Below are positions 13,100-27,419 of a stretch of DNA of 64,000 nucleotides, piece after piece. Source of the DNA: Leptogorgia sarmentosa (taxonomy: Eukaryota). The notes under the pieces are model-generated. The model was given only the letters and a program-made list of their open reading frames with translations. It did no database searches and was not told where the DNA came from. Where the stretch lies: the NCBI GenBank assembly GCA_964658305.1, contig OZ210884.1:2232001-2296000 (forward strand). The letters run 5' to 3'. Within the stretch, counting starts at the first letter, position 1. Each line of letters begins with the position of its first letter. Made by a program: the position numbers and the translations under genes.

Positions 13100-14340
13100 T
13101 GGTAAATTTGATGGCGACACCATTCAAAATGGAAGCCACAGAAGCAATCAAGTCCCTTCACCTGGTATGGTATATTTGCTATTGCTATTGCTCCTGTTGA
13201 GATTCCTTTGAAACAACGGGCTACCCATCATCATGCCCTTGCTCGTATTTTTATCACAGGTTTACGAAATTTTCGCTGCACATTGCTCTTGGCATGGTGA
13301 ATACGCATGGTAAATTTGGTGGCGACACCATTCAAAATGGAAGCCACAGAAGCAATCAAATCCCTTCACCTGGTATGGTGTACTTGCTATTGCTATTGCT
13401 CCTGTTGAGATTCCTTTGAAACAACGGGCTACCCATCATCATGCCCTTGCTCGAATTTTTATCACAGGTTTACGAAATTTTCACTGCACATTGCTCTTGG
13501 CATGGTGAATACGCAACGTAAATTTGGTGGCGACACCATTCAAAATGGAAGCCACAGAAGCAATCAAGTCCCTTCACCTGGTATGGTATATTTGCTATTG
13601 CTATTGCTCCTGTTGAGATTCCTTTGAAACAACGGGCTACCCATCATCATGCCCTTGCTCGTATTTTTATCACAGGTTTACGAAATTTTCGCTGCACATT
13701 GCTCTTGGCATGGTGAATACGCATGGTAAATTTGGTGGCGACACCATTCAAAATGGAAGCCACAGAAGCAATCAAGTCCCTTCACCTGGTATGGTATATT
13801 TGCTATTGCTATTGCTCCTGTTGAGATTCCTTTGAAACAACGGGCTACCCATCATCATGCCCTTGCTCGTATTTTTATCACAGGTTTACGAAATTTTCGC
13901 TGCACATTGCTCTTGGCATGGTGAATACGCATGGTAAATTTGGTGGCGACACCATTCAAAATGGAAGCCACAGAAGCAATCAAATCCCTTCACCTGGTAT
14001 GGTGTACTTGCTATTGCTATTGCTCCTGTTGAGATTCCTTTGAAACAACGGGCTACCCATCATCATGCCCTTGCTCGAATTTTTATCACAGGTTTACGAA
14101 ATTTTCACTGCACATTGCTCTTGGCATGGTGAATACGCAACGTAAATTTGGTGGCGACACCATTCAAAATGGAAGCCACAGAAGCAATCAAGTCCCTTCA
14201 CCTGGTATGGTATATTTGCTATTGCTATTGCTCCTGTTGAGATTCCTTTGAAACAACGGGCTACCCATCATCATGCCCTTGCTCGTATTTTTATCACAGG
14301 TTTACGAAATTTTCGCTGCACATTGCTCTTGGCATGGTGA
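13100..14340 (+). repeat. 3-mer higher-order repeat (624 bp), two copies
   Basis: CAAATCC, GGTGTACTT, CGAATTTT, TTCACTG and GCAACGT at ~13360-13520 recur at ~13980-14145. Confidence 0.85.
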
Positions 14341-17300
14341 ATACGCATGGGAAATTTGGTGTCGACACAATTCAAAATGGAAGCCACAGAAGCAATCAAG
14401 TCCCCTCACCTGGTATGGTGTATTTGCTATTGCTATTGCTCCTGTTGAGATTCCTTTGAAACAACGGGCTACCCATCATCATGCCCTTGCTAGTATTTTT
14501 ATCACAGGTTTACGAAATTTTCGCTGCACATTGCTCTTGGCATGGTGAAAACGCACGGTAAATTTGGTGGCGACACCATTCAAAATGGAAGCCACAGAAG
14601 CAATCAAGTCCCTTCTCCTGGTATGGTATATTTGCTATTGCTCCTGTTGAGATTCCTTTGAAACAACGGGCTACCCATCATAATGCCCTTGCTCGTATTT
14701 TTATAACAGGTTTACGAAATTTACGCTGTACATTGCTCTTGGCGATGGTGAATACGCATGGTAAATTTGGTGGCGACACCATTCAAAATGGAAGCCACAG
14801 AAGCAATCAAGTCCCTTCACCTGGTATGGTATATTTGCTATTGCTATTGCTCCTGTTGAGATTCCTTTGAAACAACGGGCTACCCATCATCATGCCCTTG
14901 CTCGTATTTTTATAACAGGTTTACGAAATTTACGCTGTACATTGCTCTTGGCGATGGTGAATACGCATGGTAAATTTGGTGGCGACACCATTCAAAATGG
15001 AAGCCACAGAAGCAATCAAGTCCCTTCACCTGGTATGGTATATTTGCTATTGCTATTGCTCCTGTTGAGATTCCTTTGAAACAACGGGCTACCCATCATC
15101 ATGCCCTTGCTCGTATTTTTATCACAGGTTTACGAAATTTTCGCTGCACATTGCTCTTGGCATGGTGAATACGCATGGTAAATTTGGTGGCGACACCATT
15201 CAAAATGGAAGCCACAGAAGCAATGAAGTCCCCTCACCTGGTATGGTGTATTTGCTATTGCTATTGCTCCTGTTGAGATTCCTTTGAAACAACGGGCTAC
15301 CCATCATCATGCCCTTGCTAGTATTTTTATCACAGGTTTACGAAATTTTCGCTGCACATTGCTCTTGGCATGGTGAAAACGCACGGTAAATTTGGTGGCG
15401 ACACCATTCAAAATGGAAGCCACAGAAGCAATCAAGTCCCTTCACCTGGTATGGTATATTTGCTATTGCTATTGCTCCTGTTGAGATTCCTTTGAAACAA
15501 CGGGCTACCCATCATCATGCCCTTGCTCGTATTTTTATCACAGGTTTACGAAATTTTCGCTGCACATTGCTCTTGGCATGGTGAATACGCATGGTAAATT
15601 TGCTGGCGACACCATTCAAAATGGAAGCCACAGAAGCAATGAAGTCCCTTCACCTGGTATTGTGTATTTGCTATTGCTATTGCTCCTGTTGAGATTCCTT
15701 TGAAACAACGGGCTACCCATCATCATGTCCTTGCTCGTATTTTTATCACAGGTTTACGAAATTTTCGCTGCACATTGCTCTTGGCATGGTGAATACGCAT
15801 GGTAAATTCGGTAGCGACACCATTCAAAATGGAAGCCACAGAAGCAATCAAGTCCCTTCACCTGGTATAGTATATTTGCTATTGCTATTGCTCCTGTTGA
15901 GATTCCTTTGAAACAACGGGCTATCCATCATCAAGCCCTTGCTCGTATTTTTATCACAGGTTTACGAAATTTTCGCTGCACATTGCCCTTGGCATGGTGA
16001 ATACGCATGGTAAATTTGGTGGCGACACCATTCAAAATGGAAGCCACAGAAGCAATCAAGTCCCTTCACCTGGTATGGTATATTTGCTATTGCTATTGCT
16101 CCTGTTGAGATTACTTTGAAACAACGGGCTACCCATCATCATGCCCTTGCTCGTATTTTTATCACAGGTTTACGAAATTTTCGCTGCACATTGCCCTTGG
16201 CATGGTGAATACGCATGGTAAATTTAGTGGCGACACCATTCAAAATGGAAGCCACAGAAGCAATCAAGTCCCTTCACCTGGTATGGTATATTTGCTATTG
16301 CTATTGCTCCTGTTGAGATTACTTTGAAACAACGGGCTACCCATCATCATGCCCTTGCTCGTATTTTTATCACAGGTTTACGAAATTTTCGCTGTACATT
16401 GCTCTTGGCATGGTGAATACGCATGGTAAATTTGGTGGCGACACCATTCAAAATGGAAGCCACAGAAGCAATCAAGTCCCTTCACCTGGTATGGTATATT
16501 TGCTATTGCTATTGCTCCTGTTGAGATTCCTTTGAAACAACGGGCTACCCATCATCATGCCCTTGCTCGTATTTTTATCACAGGTTTACGAAATTTACGC
16601 TGCACATTGCTCTTGGCATGGTGAATACGCATGGTAAATTTGGTGGCGACACCATTCAAAATGGAAGCCACAGAAGCAATCAAGTCCCTTCACCTGGTAT
16701 GGTAAATTTGCTATTGCTCCTGTTGAGATTCCTTTGAAACAACGGGCTACCCATCATCATGCCCTTGCTCGTATTTTTATCACAGGTTTACGAAATTTAC
16801 GCTGCACATTGCTCTTGGCATGGTGAATACGCATGGTAAATTTGGTGGCGACACCATTCAAAATGGAAGCCACAGAAGCAATCAAGTCCCTTCACCTGGT
16901 ATGGTATATTTGCTATTGCTATTGCTCAAGTTGAGATTCCTTTGAAACAACGGGCTACCCATCATCATGCCCTTGCTCGTATTTTTATCACAGGTTTACG
17001 AAATTTTCGTTGCACATTGCTCTTGGCATGGTGAATACGCATGGTAAATTTGGTGGGGACACCATTCAAAATGGAAGCCACAGAAGCAATCAAGTCCCTT
17101 CACCAGGTATGGTATATTTGCTATTGCTATTGCTCCTGTTGAGATTCCTTTGAAACAACGGGCTACCCATCATCATGCCCTTGCTCGTATTTTTATCACA
17201 GGTTTACGAAATTTTCGCTGCGCATTGCTCTTGGCATGGTGAATACGCATGGTAAATTTGGTGGCGACACCATTCAAAATGGAAGCCACAGAAGCAATCA

Positions 17301-17559
17301 AGTCCCTTCACCTGGTATGGTATATTTGCTATTGCTATTGCTCCTGTTGAGATTCCTTTGAAACAACGGGCTACCCATCATCATGCCCTTGCTCGTATTT
17401 TTATCACAGGTTTACGAAATTTTCGCTGCACATTGCTCTTGGCATGGTGAATACGCATGGTAAATTTGGTGGCGACACCATTCAAAATGGAAGCCACAGA
17501 AGCAATCAAGTCCCTTCTCCTGGTATGGTATATTTGCTATTGCTCCTGTTGAGATTCCT

Positions 17560-19190
17560 TTGAAACAACGGGCTACCCATCATCATGCCCTTGCTCGTAT
17601 TTTTATCACAGGTTTACGAAATCTACGCTGCACATTGCTTTTGGCATGGTCAATACGCATGGTAAATTTGGTGGCGACACCATTCAAAATGGAAGCCACA
17701 GAAGCAATCAAGTCCCTTCACCTGGTATGGTATATTTGCTATTGCTCCTGTTGAGATTCCTTTGAAACAACGGGCTACCAATCATCATGCCCTTGCTCGT
17801 ATTTTTATCACAGGTTTACGACATTTACGCTGCACATTGCTCTTGGCATGGTGAATACGCATGGTAAATTTGGTGGCGACACCATTCAAAATGGAAGCCA
17901 CAGAAGCAATCAAGTCCCTTCACCTGGTATGGTATATTTGCTATTGCTATTGCTCCAGTTGAGGTTCCTTTGAAACAACGGGCTACCCATCATCATGCCC
18001 TTGCTCGTATTTTTATCACAGTTTTACGAAATTTTCGCTGCACATTGCTCTTGGCATGGTGAATACGCATGGTAAATTTGGTGGCGACACCATTCAAAAT
18101 AGAAGCCACAGAAGCAATCAAGTCCCTTCTCCTGGTATGGTATATTTGCTATTGCTCCTGTTGAGATTCCTTTGAAACAACGGGCTACCCATCATCATGC
18201 CCTTGCTCGTATTTTTATCACAGGTTTACGAAATTTACGCTGCATATTGCTCTTGGCATGGTGAATACGCATGGTAAATTTGGTGGCGACACCATTCAAA
18301 ATGGAAGCCATAGAAGCAATCAAGTCCCTTCACCTGGTATGGTATATTTGCTATTGCTCCTGTTGAGATTCCTTTGAAACAACGGGCTACCCATCATCAT
18401 GCCCTTGCTCGTATTTTTATCACAGGTTTACGAAATCTACGCTGCACATTGCTTTTGGCATGGTCAATACGCATGGTAAATTTGGTGGCGACACCATTCA
18501 AAATGGAAGCCACAGAAGCAATCAAGTCCCTTCACCTGGTATGGTATATTTGCTATTGCTCCTGTTGAGATTCCTTTGAAACAACGGGCTACCAATCATC
18601 ATGCCCTTGCTCGTATTTTTATCACAGGTTTACGACATTTACGTTGCACATTGCTCTTGGCATGGTGAATACGCATGGTAAATTTGGTGGCGACACCATT
18701 CAAAATGGAAGCCACAGAAGCAATCAAGTCCCTTCACCTGGTATGGTATATTTGCTATTGCTATTGCTCCAGTTGAGGTTCCTTTGAAACAACGGGCTAC
18801 CCATCATCATGCCCTTGCTCGTATTTTTATCACAGTTTTACGAAATTTTCGCTGCACATTGCTCTTGGCATGGTGAATACGCATGGTAAATTTGGTGGCG
18901 ACACCATTCAAAATAGAAGCCACAGAAGCAATCAAGTCCCTTCTCCTGGTATGGTATATTTGCTATTGCTCCTGTTGAGATTCCTTTGAAACAACGGGCT
19001 ACCCATCATCATGCCCTTGCTCGTATTTTTATCACAGGTTTACGAAATTTACGCTGCATATTGCTCTTGGCATGGTGAATACGCATGGTAAATTTGGTGG
19101 CGACACCATTCAAAATGGAAGCCATAGAAGCAATCAAGTCCCTTCACCTGGTATGGTATATTTGCTATTGCTCCTGTTGAGATTCCTTTG
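17560..19190 (+). repeat. 4-mer higher-order repeat (814 bp = 208 + 3x202)
   Basis: ORFs 17560 and 18374 differ by 814. ATCTAC/GGTCAAT, ACCAAT, CCAGTTGAGG, AATAGAAG and GCCATAG recur. Confidence 0.85.
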
Positions 19191-22100
19191 AAACAATGGG
19201 CTACCAATCATCATGCCCTTGCTCGTATTTTTATCACAGGTTTACGAAATTTACGCTGCACATTGCTCTTGGCATGGTGAATACGCATGGGTAATTTGGT
19301 GGCGACACCATACAAAATGGAAGCCACAGAAGCAGTCAAGTCCCTTCACCTGGTATGGTATATTTGCTATTGCTATTGCTCCTGTTGAGATTCCTTTGAA
19401 ACAACGGGCTACCCATCATCATGCCCTTGCTCGTATTTTTATCACAGGTTTACGAAATTTTCGCTGCGCATTGCTCTTGGCATGGTGAATACGCATGGTA
19501 AATTTGGTGGCGACACCATTCAAAATGGAAGCCACAGTAGCAATCAAGTCCCTTCTCCTGGTATGGTATATTTGCTATTGCTCCTGTTGAGATTCCTTTG
19601 AAACAACGGGCTACCCATCATAATGCCCTTGCTCGTATTTTTATAACAGGTTTACGAAATTTACGCTGTACATTGCTCTTGGCATCGTGAATACGCATGG
19701 TAAATTTGGTGGCGACACCATTCAAAATGGAAGCCACAGAAGCAATCAAGTCCCTTCACCTGGTATGGTATATTTGCTATTGCTCCTGTTGAGATTCCTT
19801 TGAAACAACGGGCTACCAATCATCATGCTCTTGCTCGTATTTTTATCACAGGTTTACGAAATTTACGCTGCACATTGCTCTTGGCATGGTGAATAAGCAT
19901 GGTAAATTTGGTGGCGACACCATTCAAAATGGAAGCCACAGAAGCAGTCAAGTCCCTTCACCTGGTATGGTATATTTGCTATTGCTATTGCTCCTGTTGA
20001 GATTCCTTTGAAACAACGGGCTACCCATCATCATGCCCTTGCTCGTATTTTTATCACAGGTTTACGAAAGTTTCGCTGCGCATTGTTCTTGGCATGGTGA
20101 ATACGCATGGTAAATTTGGTGGCGACACCATTCAAAATGGAAGCCACAGAAGCAATCAAGTCCCTTCAACTGGTATGGTATATTTGCTATTGCTATTGCT
20201 CCTGTTGAGATTCCTTTGAAGCAACGGGCTACCCATCATCATGCCCTTGTTCGTATTTTTATCACAGGTTTACGAAATTTTCGCTGCACATTGCTCTTGG
20301 CATGGTGAATACGCATGGTAAATTTGGTGGCGACACCATTCAAAATGGAAGCCACAGAAGCAATCAAGTCCCTTCACCTGGTATGGTATATTTGCTATTG
20401 CTATTGCTCCTGTTGAGATTCCTTTGAAACAACGGGCTACCCATCATCATGCCCTTGCTCGTATTTTTATCACAGGTTTACGAAATTTTCGCTGCACATT
20501 GCTCTTGGCATGGTGAAAACGCACGGTAAATTTGGTGGCGACACCATTCAAAATGGAAGCCACAGAAGCAATCAAGTCCCTTCTCCTGGTATGGTATATT
20601 TGCTATTGCTCCTGTTGAGATTCCTTTGAAACAACGGGCTACCCATCATAATGCCCTTGCTCGTATTTTTATAACAGGTTTACGAAATTTACGCTGTACA
20701 TTGCTCTTGGCGATGGTGAATACGCATGGTAAATTTGGTGGCGACACCATTCAAAATGGAAGCCACAGAAGCAATCAAGTCCCTTCACCTGGTATGGTAT
20801 ATTTGCTATTGCTATTGCTCCTGTTGAGATTCCTTTGAAACAACGGGCTACCCATCATCATGCCCTTGCTCGTATTTTTATCACAGGTTTACGAAATCTA
20901 CGCTGCACATTGCTTTTGGCATGGTCAATACGCATGGTAAATTTGGTGGCGACACCATTCAAAATGGAAGCCACAGAAGCAATCAAGTCCCTTCACCTGG
21001 TATGGTATATTTGCTATTGCTCCTGTTGAGATTCCTTTGAAACAACGGGCTACCAATCATCATGCCCTTGCTCGTATTTTTATCACAGGTTTACGACATT
21101 TACGTTGCACATTGCTCTTGGCATGGTGAATACGCATGGTAAATTTGGTGGCGACACCATTCAAAATGGAAGCCACAGAAGCAATCAAGTCCCTTCACCT
21201 GGTATGGTATATTTGCTATTGCTATTGCTCCAGTTGAGGTTCCTTTGAAACAACGGGCTACCCATCATCATGCCCTTGCTCGTATTTTTATCACAGTTTT
21301 ACGAAATTTTCGCTGCACATTGCTCTTGGCATGGTGAATACGCATGGTAAATTTGGTGGCGACACCATTCAAAATGGAAGCCACAGTAGCAATCAAGTCC
21401 CTTCTCCTGGTATGGTATATTTGCTATTGCTCCTGTTGAGATTCCTTTGAAACAACGGGCTACCCATCATCATGCCCTTGCTCGTATTTTTATCACAGTT
21501 TTACGAAATTTTCGCTGCACATTGCTCTTGGCATGGTGAATACGCATGGTAAATTTGGTGGCGACACCATTCAAAATAGAAGCCACAGAAGCAATCAAGT
21601 CCCTTCTCCTGGTATGGTATATTTGCTATTGCTCCTGTTGAGATTCCTTTGAAACAACGGGCTACCCATCATCATGCCCTTGCTCGTATTTTTATCACAG
21701 GTTTACGAAATTTACGCTGCATATTGCTCTTGGCATGGTGAATACGCATGGTAAATTTGGTGGCGACACCATTCAAAATGGAAGCCATAGAAGCAATCAA
21801 GTCCCTTCACCTGGTATGGTATATTTGCTATTGCTCCTGTTGAGATTCCTTTGAAACAATGGGCTACCAATCATCATGCCCTTGCTCGTATTTTTATCAC
21901 AGGTTTACGAAATTTACGCTGCACATTGCTCTTGGCATGGTGAATACGCATGGGTAATTTGGTGGCGACACCATTCAAAATGGAAGCCACAGAAGCAGTC
22001 AAGTCCCTTCACCTGGTATGGTATATTTGCTATTGCTATTGCTCCTGTTGAGATTCCTTTGAAACAACGGGCTACCCATCATCATGCCCTTGCTCGTATT

Positions 22101-23500
22101 TTTATCACAGGTTTACGAAATTTTCGCTGCGCATTGCTCTTGGCATGGTGAATACGCATGGTAAATTTGGTGGCGACACCATTCAAAATGGAAGCCACAG
22201 TAGCAATCAAGTCCCTTCTCCTGGTATGGTATATTTGCTATTGCTCCTGTTGAGATTCCTTTGAAACAACGGGCTACCCATCATAATGCCCTTGCTCGTA
22301 TTTTTACAACAGGTTTACGAAATTTACGCTGTACATTGCTCTTGGCATCGTGAATACGCATGGTAAATTTGGTGGCGACACCATTCAAAATGGAAGCCAC
22401 AGAAGCAATCAAGTCCCTTCACCTGGTATGGTATATTTGCTATTGCTCCTGTTGAGATTCCTTTGAAACAACGGGCTACCAATCATCATGCTCTTGCTCG
22501 TATTTTTATCACAGGTTTACGAAATTTACGCTGCACATTGCTCTTGGCATGGTGAATAAGCATGGTAAATTTGGTGGCGACACCATTCAAAATGGAAGCC
22601 ACAGAAGCAGTCAAGTCCCTTCACCTGGTATGGTATATTTGCTATTGCTATTGCTCCTGTTGAGATTCCTTTGAAACAACGGGCTACCCATCATCATGCC
22701 CTTGCTCGTATTTTTATCACAGGTTTACGAAAGTTTCGCTGCGCATTGTTCTTGGCATGGTGAATACGCATGGTAAATTTGGTGGCGACACCATTCAAAA
22801 TGGAAGCCACAGAAGCAATCAAGTCCCTTCAACTGGTATGGTATATTTGCTATTGCTATTGCTCCTGTTGAGATTCCTTTGAAGCAACGGGCTACCCATC
22901 ATCATGCCCTTGTTCGTATTTTTATCACAGGTTTACGAAATTTTCGCTGCACATTGCTCTTGGCATGGTGAATACGCATGGTAAATTTGGTGGCGACACC
23001 ATTCAAAATGGAAGCCACAGAAGCAATCAAGTCCCTTCACCTGGTATGGTATATTTGCTATTGCTATTGCTCCTGTTGAGATTCCTTTGAAACAACGGGC
23101 TACCCATCATCATGCCCTTGCTCGTATTTTTATCACAGGTTTACGAAATTTTCGCTGCACATTGCTCTTGGCATGGTGAAAACGCACGGTAAATTTGGTG
23201 GCGACACCATTCAAAATGGAAGCCACAGAAGCAATCAAGTCCCTTCTCCTGGTATGGTATATTTGCTATTGCTCCTGTTGAGATTCCTTTGAAACAACGG
23301 GATACCCATCATAATGCCCTTGCTCGTATTTTTATAACAGGTTTACGAAATTTACGCTGTACATTGCTCTTGGCGATGGTGAATACGCATGGTAAATTTG
23401 GTGGCGACACCATTCAAAATGGAAGCCACAGAAGCAATCAAGTCCCTTCACCTGGTATGGTATATTTGCTATTGCTATTGCTCCTGTTGAGATTCCTTTG
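18400..23500 (+). repeat. Tandem 12/13-mer higher-order repeat (period 2461 then 2663 bp)
   Basis: ORF offsets are 18374>20835 (2461), 19213>21876 and 20626>23289 (2663). An extra 202-bp monomer lies near 21340. Confidence 0.85.
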
Positions 23501-26500
23501 AAACAACGGGCTACCCATCATCATGCCCTTGCTCGTATTTTTATAACAGGTTTACGAAATTTACGCTGTACATTGCTCTTGGCGATGGTGAATACGCATG
23601 GTAAATTTGGTGGCGACACCATTCAAAATGGAAGCCACAGAAGCAATCAAGTCCCTTCACCTGGTATGGTATATTTGCTATTGCTATTGCTCCTGTTGAG
23701 ATTCCTTTGAAACAACGGGCTACCCATCATCATGCCCTTGCTCGTATTTTTATCACAGGTTTACGAAATTTTCGCTGCACATTGCTCTTGGCATGGTGAA
23801 TACGCATGGTAAATTTGGTGGCGACACCATTCAAAATGGAAGCCACAGAAGCAATCAAGTCCCCTCACCTGGTATGGTGTATTTGCTATTGCTATTGCTC
23901 CTGTTGAGATTCCTTTGAAACAACGGGCTACCCATCATCATGCCCTTGCTAGTATTTTTATCACAGGTTTACGAAATTTTCGCTGCACATTGCTCTTGGC
24001 ATGGTGAAAACGCACGGTAAATTTGGTGGCGACACCATTCAAAATGGAAGCCACAGAAGCAATCAAGTCCCTTCACCTGGTATGGTATATTTGCTATTGC
24101 TATTGCTCCTGTTGAGATTCCTTTGAAACAACGGGCTACCCATCATCATGCCCTTGCTCGTATTTTTATCACAGGTTTACGAAATTTTCGCTGCACATTG
24201 CTCTTGGCATGGTGAATACGCATGGTAAATTTGCTGGCGACACCATTCAAAATGGAAGCCACAGAAGCAATGAAGTCCCTTCACCTGGTATTGTGTATTT
24301 GCTATTGCTATTGCTCCTGTTGAGATTCCTTTGAAACAACGGGCTACCCATCATCATGTCCTTGCTCGTATTTTTATCACAGGTTTACGAAATTTTCGCT
24401 GCACATTGCTCTTGGCATGGTGAATACGCATGGTAAATTCGGTAGCGACACCATTCAAAATGGAAGCCACAGAAGCAATCAAGTCCCTTCACCTGGTATA
24501 GTATATTTGCTATTGCTATTGCTCCTGTTGAGATTCCTTTGAAACAACGGGCTACCCATCATCAAGCCCTTGCTCGTATTTTTATCACAGGTTTACGAAA
24601 TTTTCGCTGCACATTGCCCTTGGCATGGTGAATACGCATGGTAAATTTGGTGGCGACACCATTCAAAATGGAAGCCACAGAAGCAATCAAGTCCCTTCAC
24701 CTGGTATGGTATATTTGCTATTGCTATTGCTCCTGTTGAGATTACTTTGAAACAACGGGCTACCCATCATCATGCCCTTGCTCGTATTTTTATCACAGGT
24801 TTACGAAATTTTCGCTGCACATTGCCCTTGGCATGGTGAATACGCATGGTAAATTTAGTGGCGACACCATTCAAAATGGAAGCCACAGAAGCAATCAAGT
24901 CCCTTCACCTGGTATGGTATATTTGCTATTGCTATTGCTCCTGTTGAGATTACTTTGAAACAACGGGCTACCCATCATCATGCCCTTGCTCGTATTTTTA
25001 TCACAGGTTTACGAAATTTTCGCTGTACATTGCTCTTGGCATGGTGAATACGCATGGTAAATTTGGTGGCGACACCATTCAAAATGGAAGCCACAGAAGC
25101 AATCAAGTCCCTTCACCTGGTATGGTATATTTGCTATTGCTATTGCTCCTGTTGAGATTCCTTTGAAACAACGGGCTACCCATCATCATGCCCTTGCTCG
25201 TATTTTTATCACAGGTTTACGAAATTTACGCTGCACATTGCTCTTGGCATGGTGAATACGCATGGTAAATTTGGTGGCGACACCATTCAAAATGGAAGCC
25301 ACAGAAGCAATCAAGTCCCTTCACCTGGTATGGTAAATTTGCTATTGCTCCTGTTGAGATTCCTTTGAAACAACGGGCTACCCATCATCATGCCCTTGCT
25401 CGTATTTTTATCACAGGTTTACGAAATTTACGCTGCACATTGCTCTTGGCATGGTGAATACGCATGGTAAATTTGGTGGCGACACCATTCAAAATGGAAG
25501 CCACAGAAGCAATCAAGTCCCTTCACCTGGTATGGTATATTTGCTATTGCTATTGCTCAAGTTGAGATTCCTTTGAAACAACGGGCTACCCATCATCATG
25601 CCCTTGCTCGTATTTTTATCACAGGTTTACGAAATTTTCGTTGCACATTGCTCTTGGCATGGTGAATACGCATGGTAAATTTGGTGGGGACACCATTCAA
25701 AATGGAAGCCACAGAAGCAATCAAGTCCCTTCACCAGGTATGGTATATTTGCTATTGCTATTGCTCCTGTTGAGATTCCTTTGAAACAACGGGCTACCCA
25801 TCATCATGCCCTTGCTCGTATTTTTATCACAGGTTTACGAAATTTTCGCTGCGCATTGCTCTTGGCATGGTGAATACGCATGGTAAATTTGGTGGCGACA
25901 CCATTCAAAATGGAAGCCACAGAAGCAATCAAGTCCCTTCACCTGGTATGGTATATTTGCTATTGCTCCTGTTGAGATTCCTTTGAAACAACGGGCTACC
26001 AATCATCATGCCCTTGCTCGTATTTTTATCACAGGTTTACGACATTTACGCTGCACATTGCTCTTGGCATGGTGAATACGCATGGTAAATTTGGTGGCGA
26101 CACCATTCAAAATGGAAGCCACAGAAGCAATCAAGTCCCTTCACCTGGTATGGTATATTTGCTATTGCTATTGCTCCAGTTGAGGTTCCTTTGAAACAAC
26201 GGGCTACCCATCATCATGCCCTTGCTCGTATTTTTATCACAGTTTTACGAAATTTTCGCTGCACATTGCTCTTGGCATGGTGAATACGCATGGTAAATTT
26301 GGTGGCGACACCATTCAAAATAGAAGCCACAGAAGCAATCAAGTCCCTTCTCCTGGTATGGTATATTTGCTATTGCTCCTGTTGAGATTCCTTTGAAACA
26401 ACGGGCTACCCATCATCATGCCCTTGCTCGTATTTTTATCACAGGTTTACGAAATTTACGCTGCATATTGCTCTTGGCATGGTGAATACGCATGGTAAAT

Positions 26501-27419
26501 TTGGTGGCGACACCATTCAAAATGGAAGCCATAGAAGCAATCAAGTCCCTTCACCTGGTATGGTATATTTGCTATTGCTCCTGTTGAGATTCCTTTGAAA
26601 CAACGGGCTACCCATCATCATGCCCTTGCTCGTATTTTTATCACAGGTTTACGAAATCTACGCTGCACATTGCTTTTGGCATGGTCAATACGCATGGTAA
26701 ATTTGGTGGCGACACCATTCAAAATGGAAGCCACAGAAGCAATCAAGTCCCTTCACCTGGTATGGTATATTTGCTATTGCTCCTGTTGAGATTCCTTTGA
26801 AACAACGGGCTACCAATCATCATGCCCTTGCTCGTATTTTTATCACAGGTTTACGACATTTACGCTGCACATTGCTCTTGGCATGGTGAATACGCATGGT
26901 AAATTTGGTGGCGACACCATTCAAAATGGAAGCCACAGAAGCAATCAAGTCCCTTCACCTGGTATGGTATATTTGCTATTGCTATTGCTCCAGTTGAGGT
27001 TCCTTTGAAACAACGGGCTACCCATCATCATGCCCTTGCTCGTATTTTTATCACAGTTTTACGAAATTTTCGCTGCACATTGCTCTTGGCATGGTGAATA
27101 CGCATGGTAAATTTGGTGGCGACACCATTCAAAATAGAAGCCACAGAAGCAATCAAGTCCCTTCTCCTGGTATGGTATATTTGCTATTGCTCCTGTTGAG
27201 ATTCCTTTGAAACAACGGGCTACCCATCATCATGCCCTTGCTCGTATTTTTATCACAGGTTTACGAAATTTACGCTGCATATTGCTCTTGGCATGGTGAA
27301 TACGCATGGTAAATTTGGTGGCGACACCATTCAAAATGGAAGCCATAGAAGCAATCAAGTCCCTTCACCTGGTATGGTATATTTGCTATTGCTCCTGTTG
27401 AGATTCCTTTGAAACAATG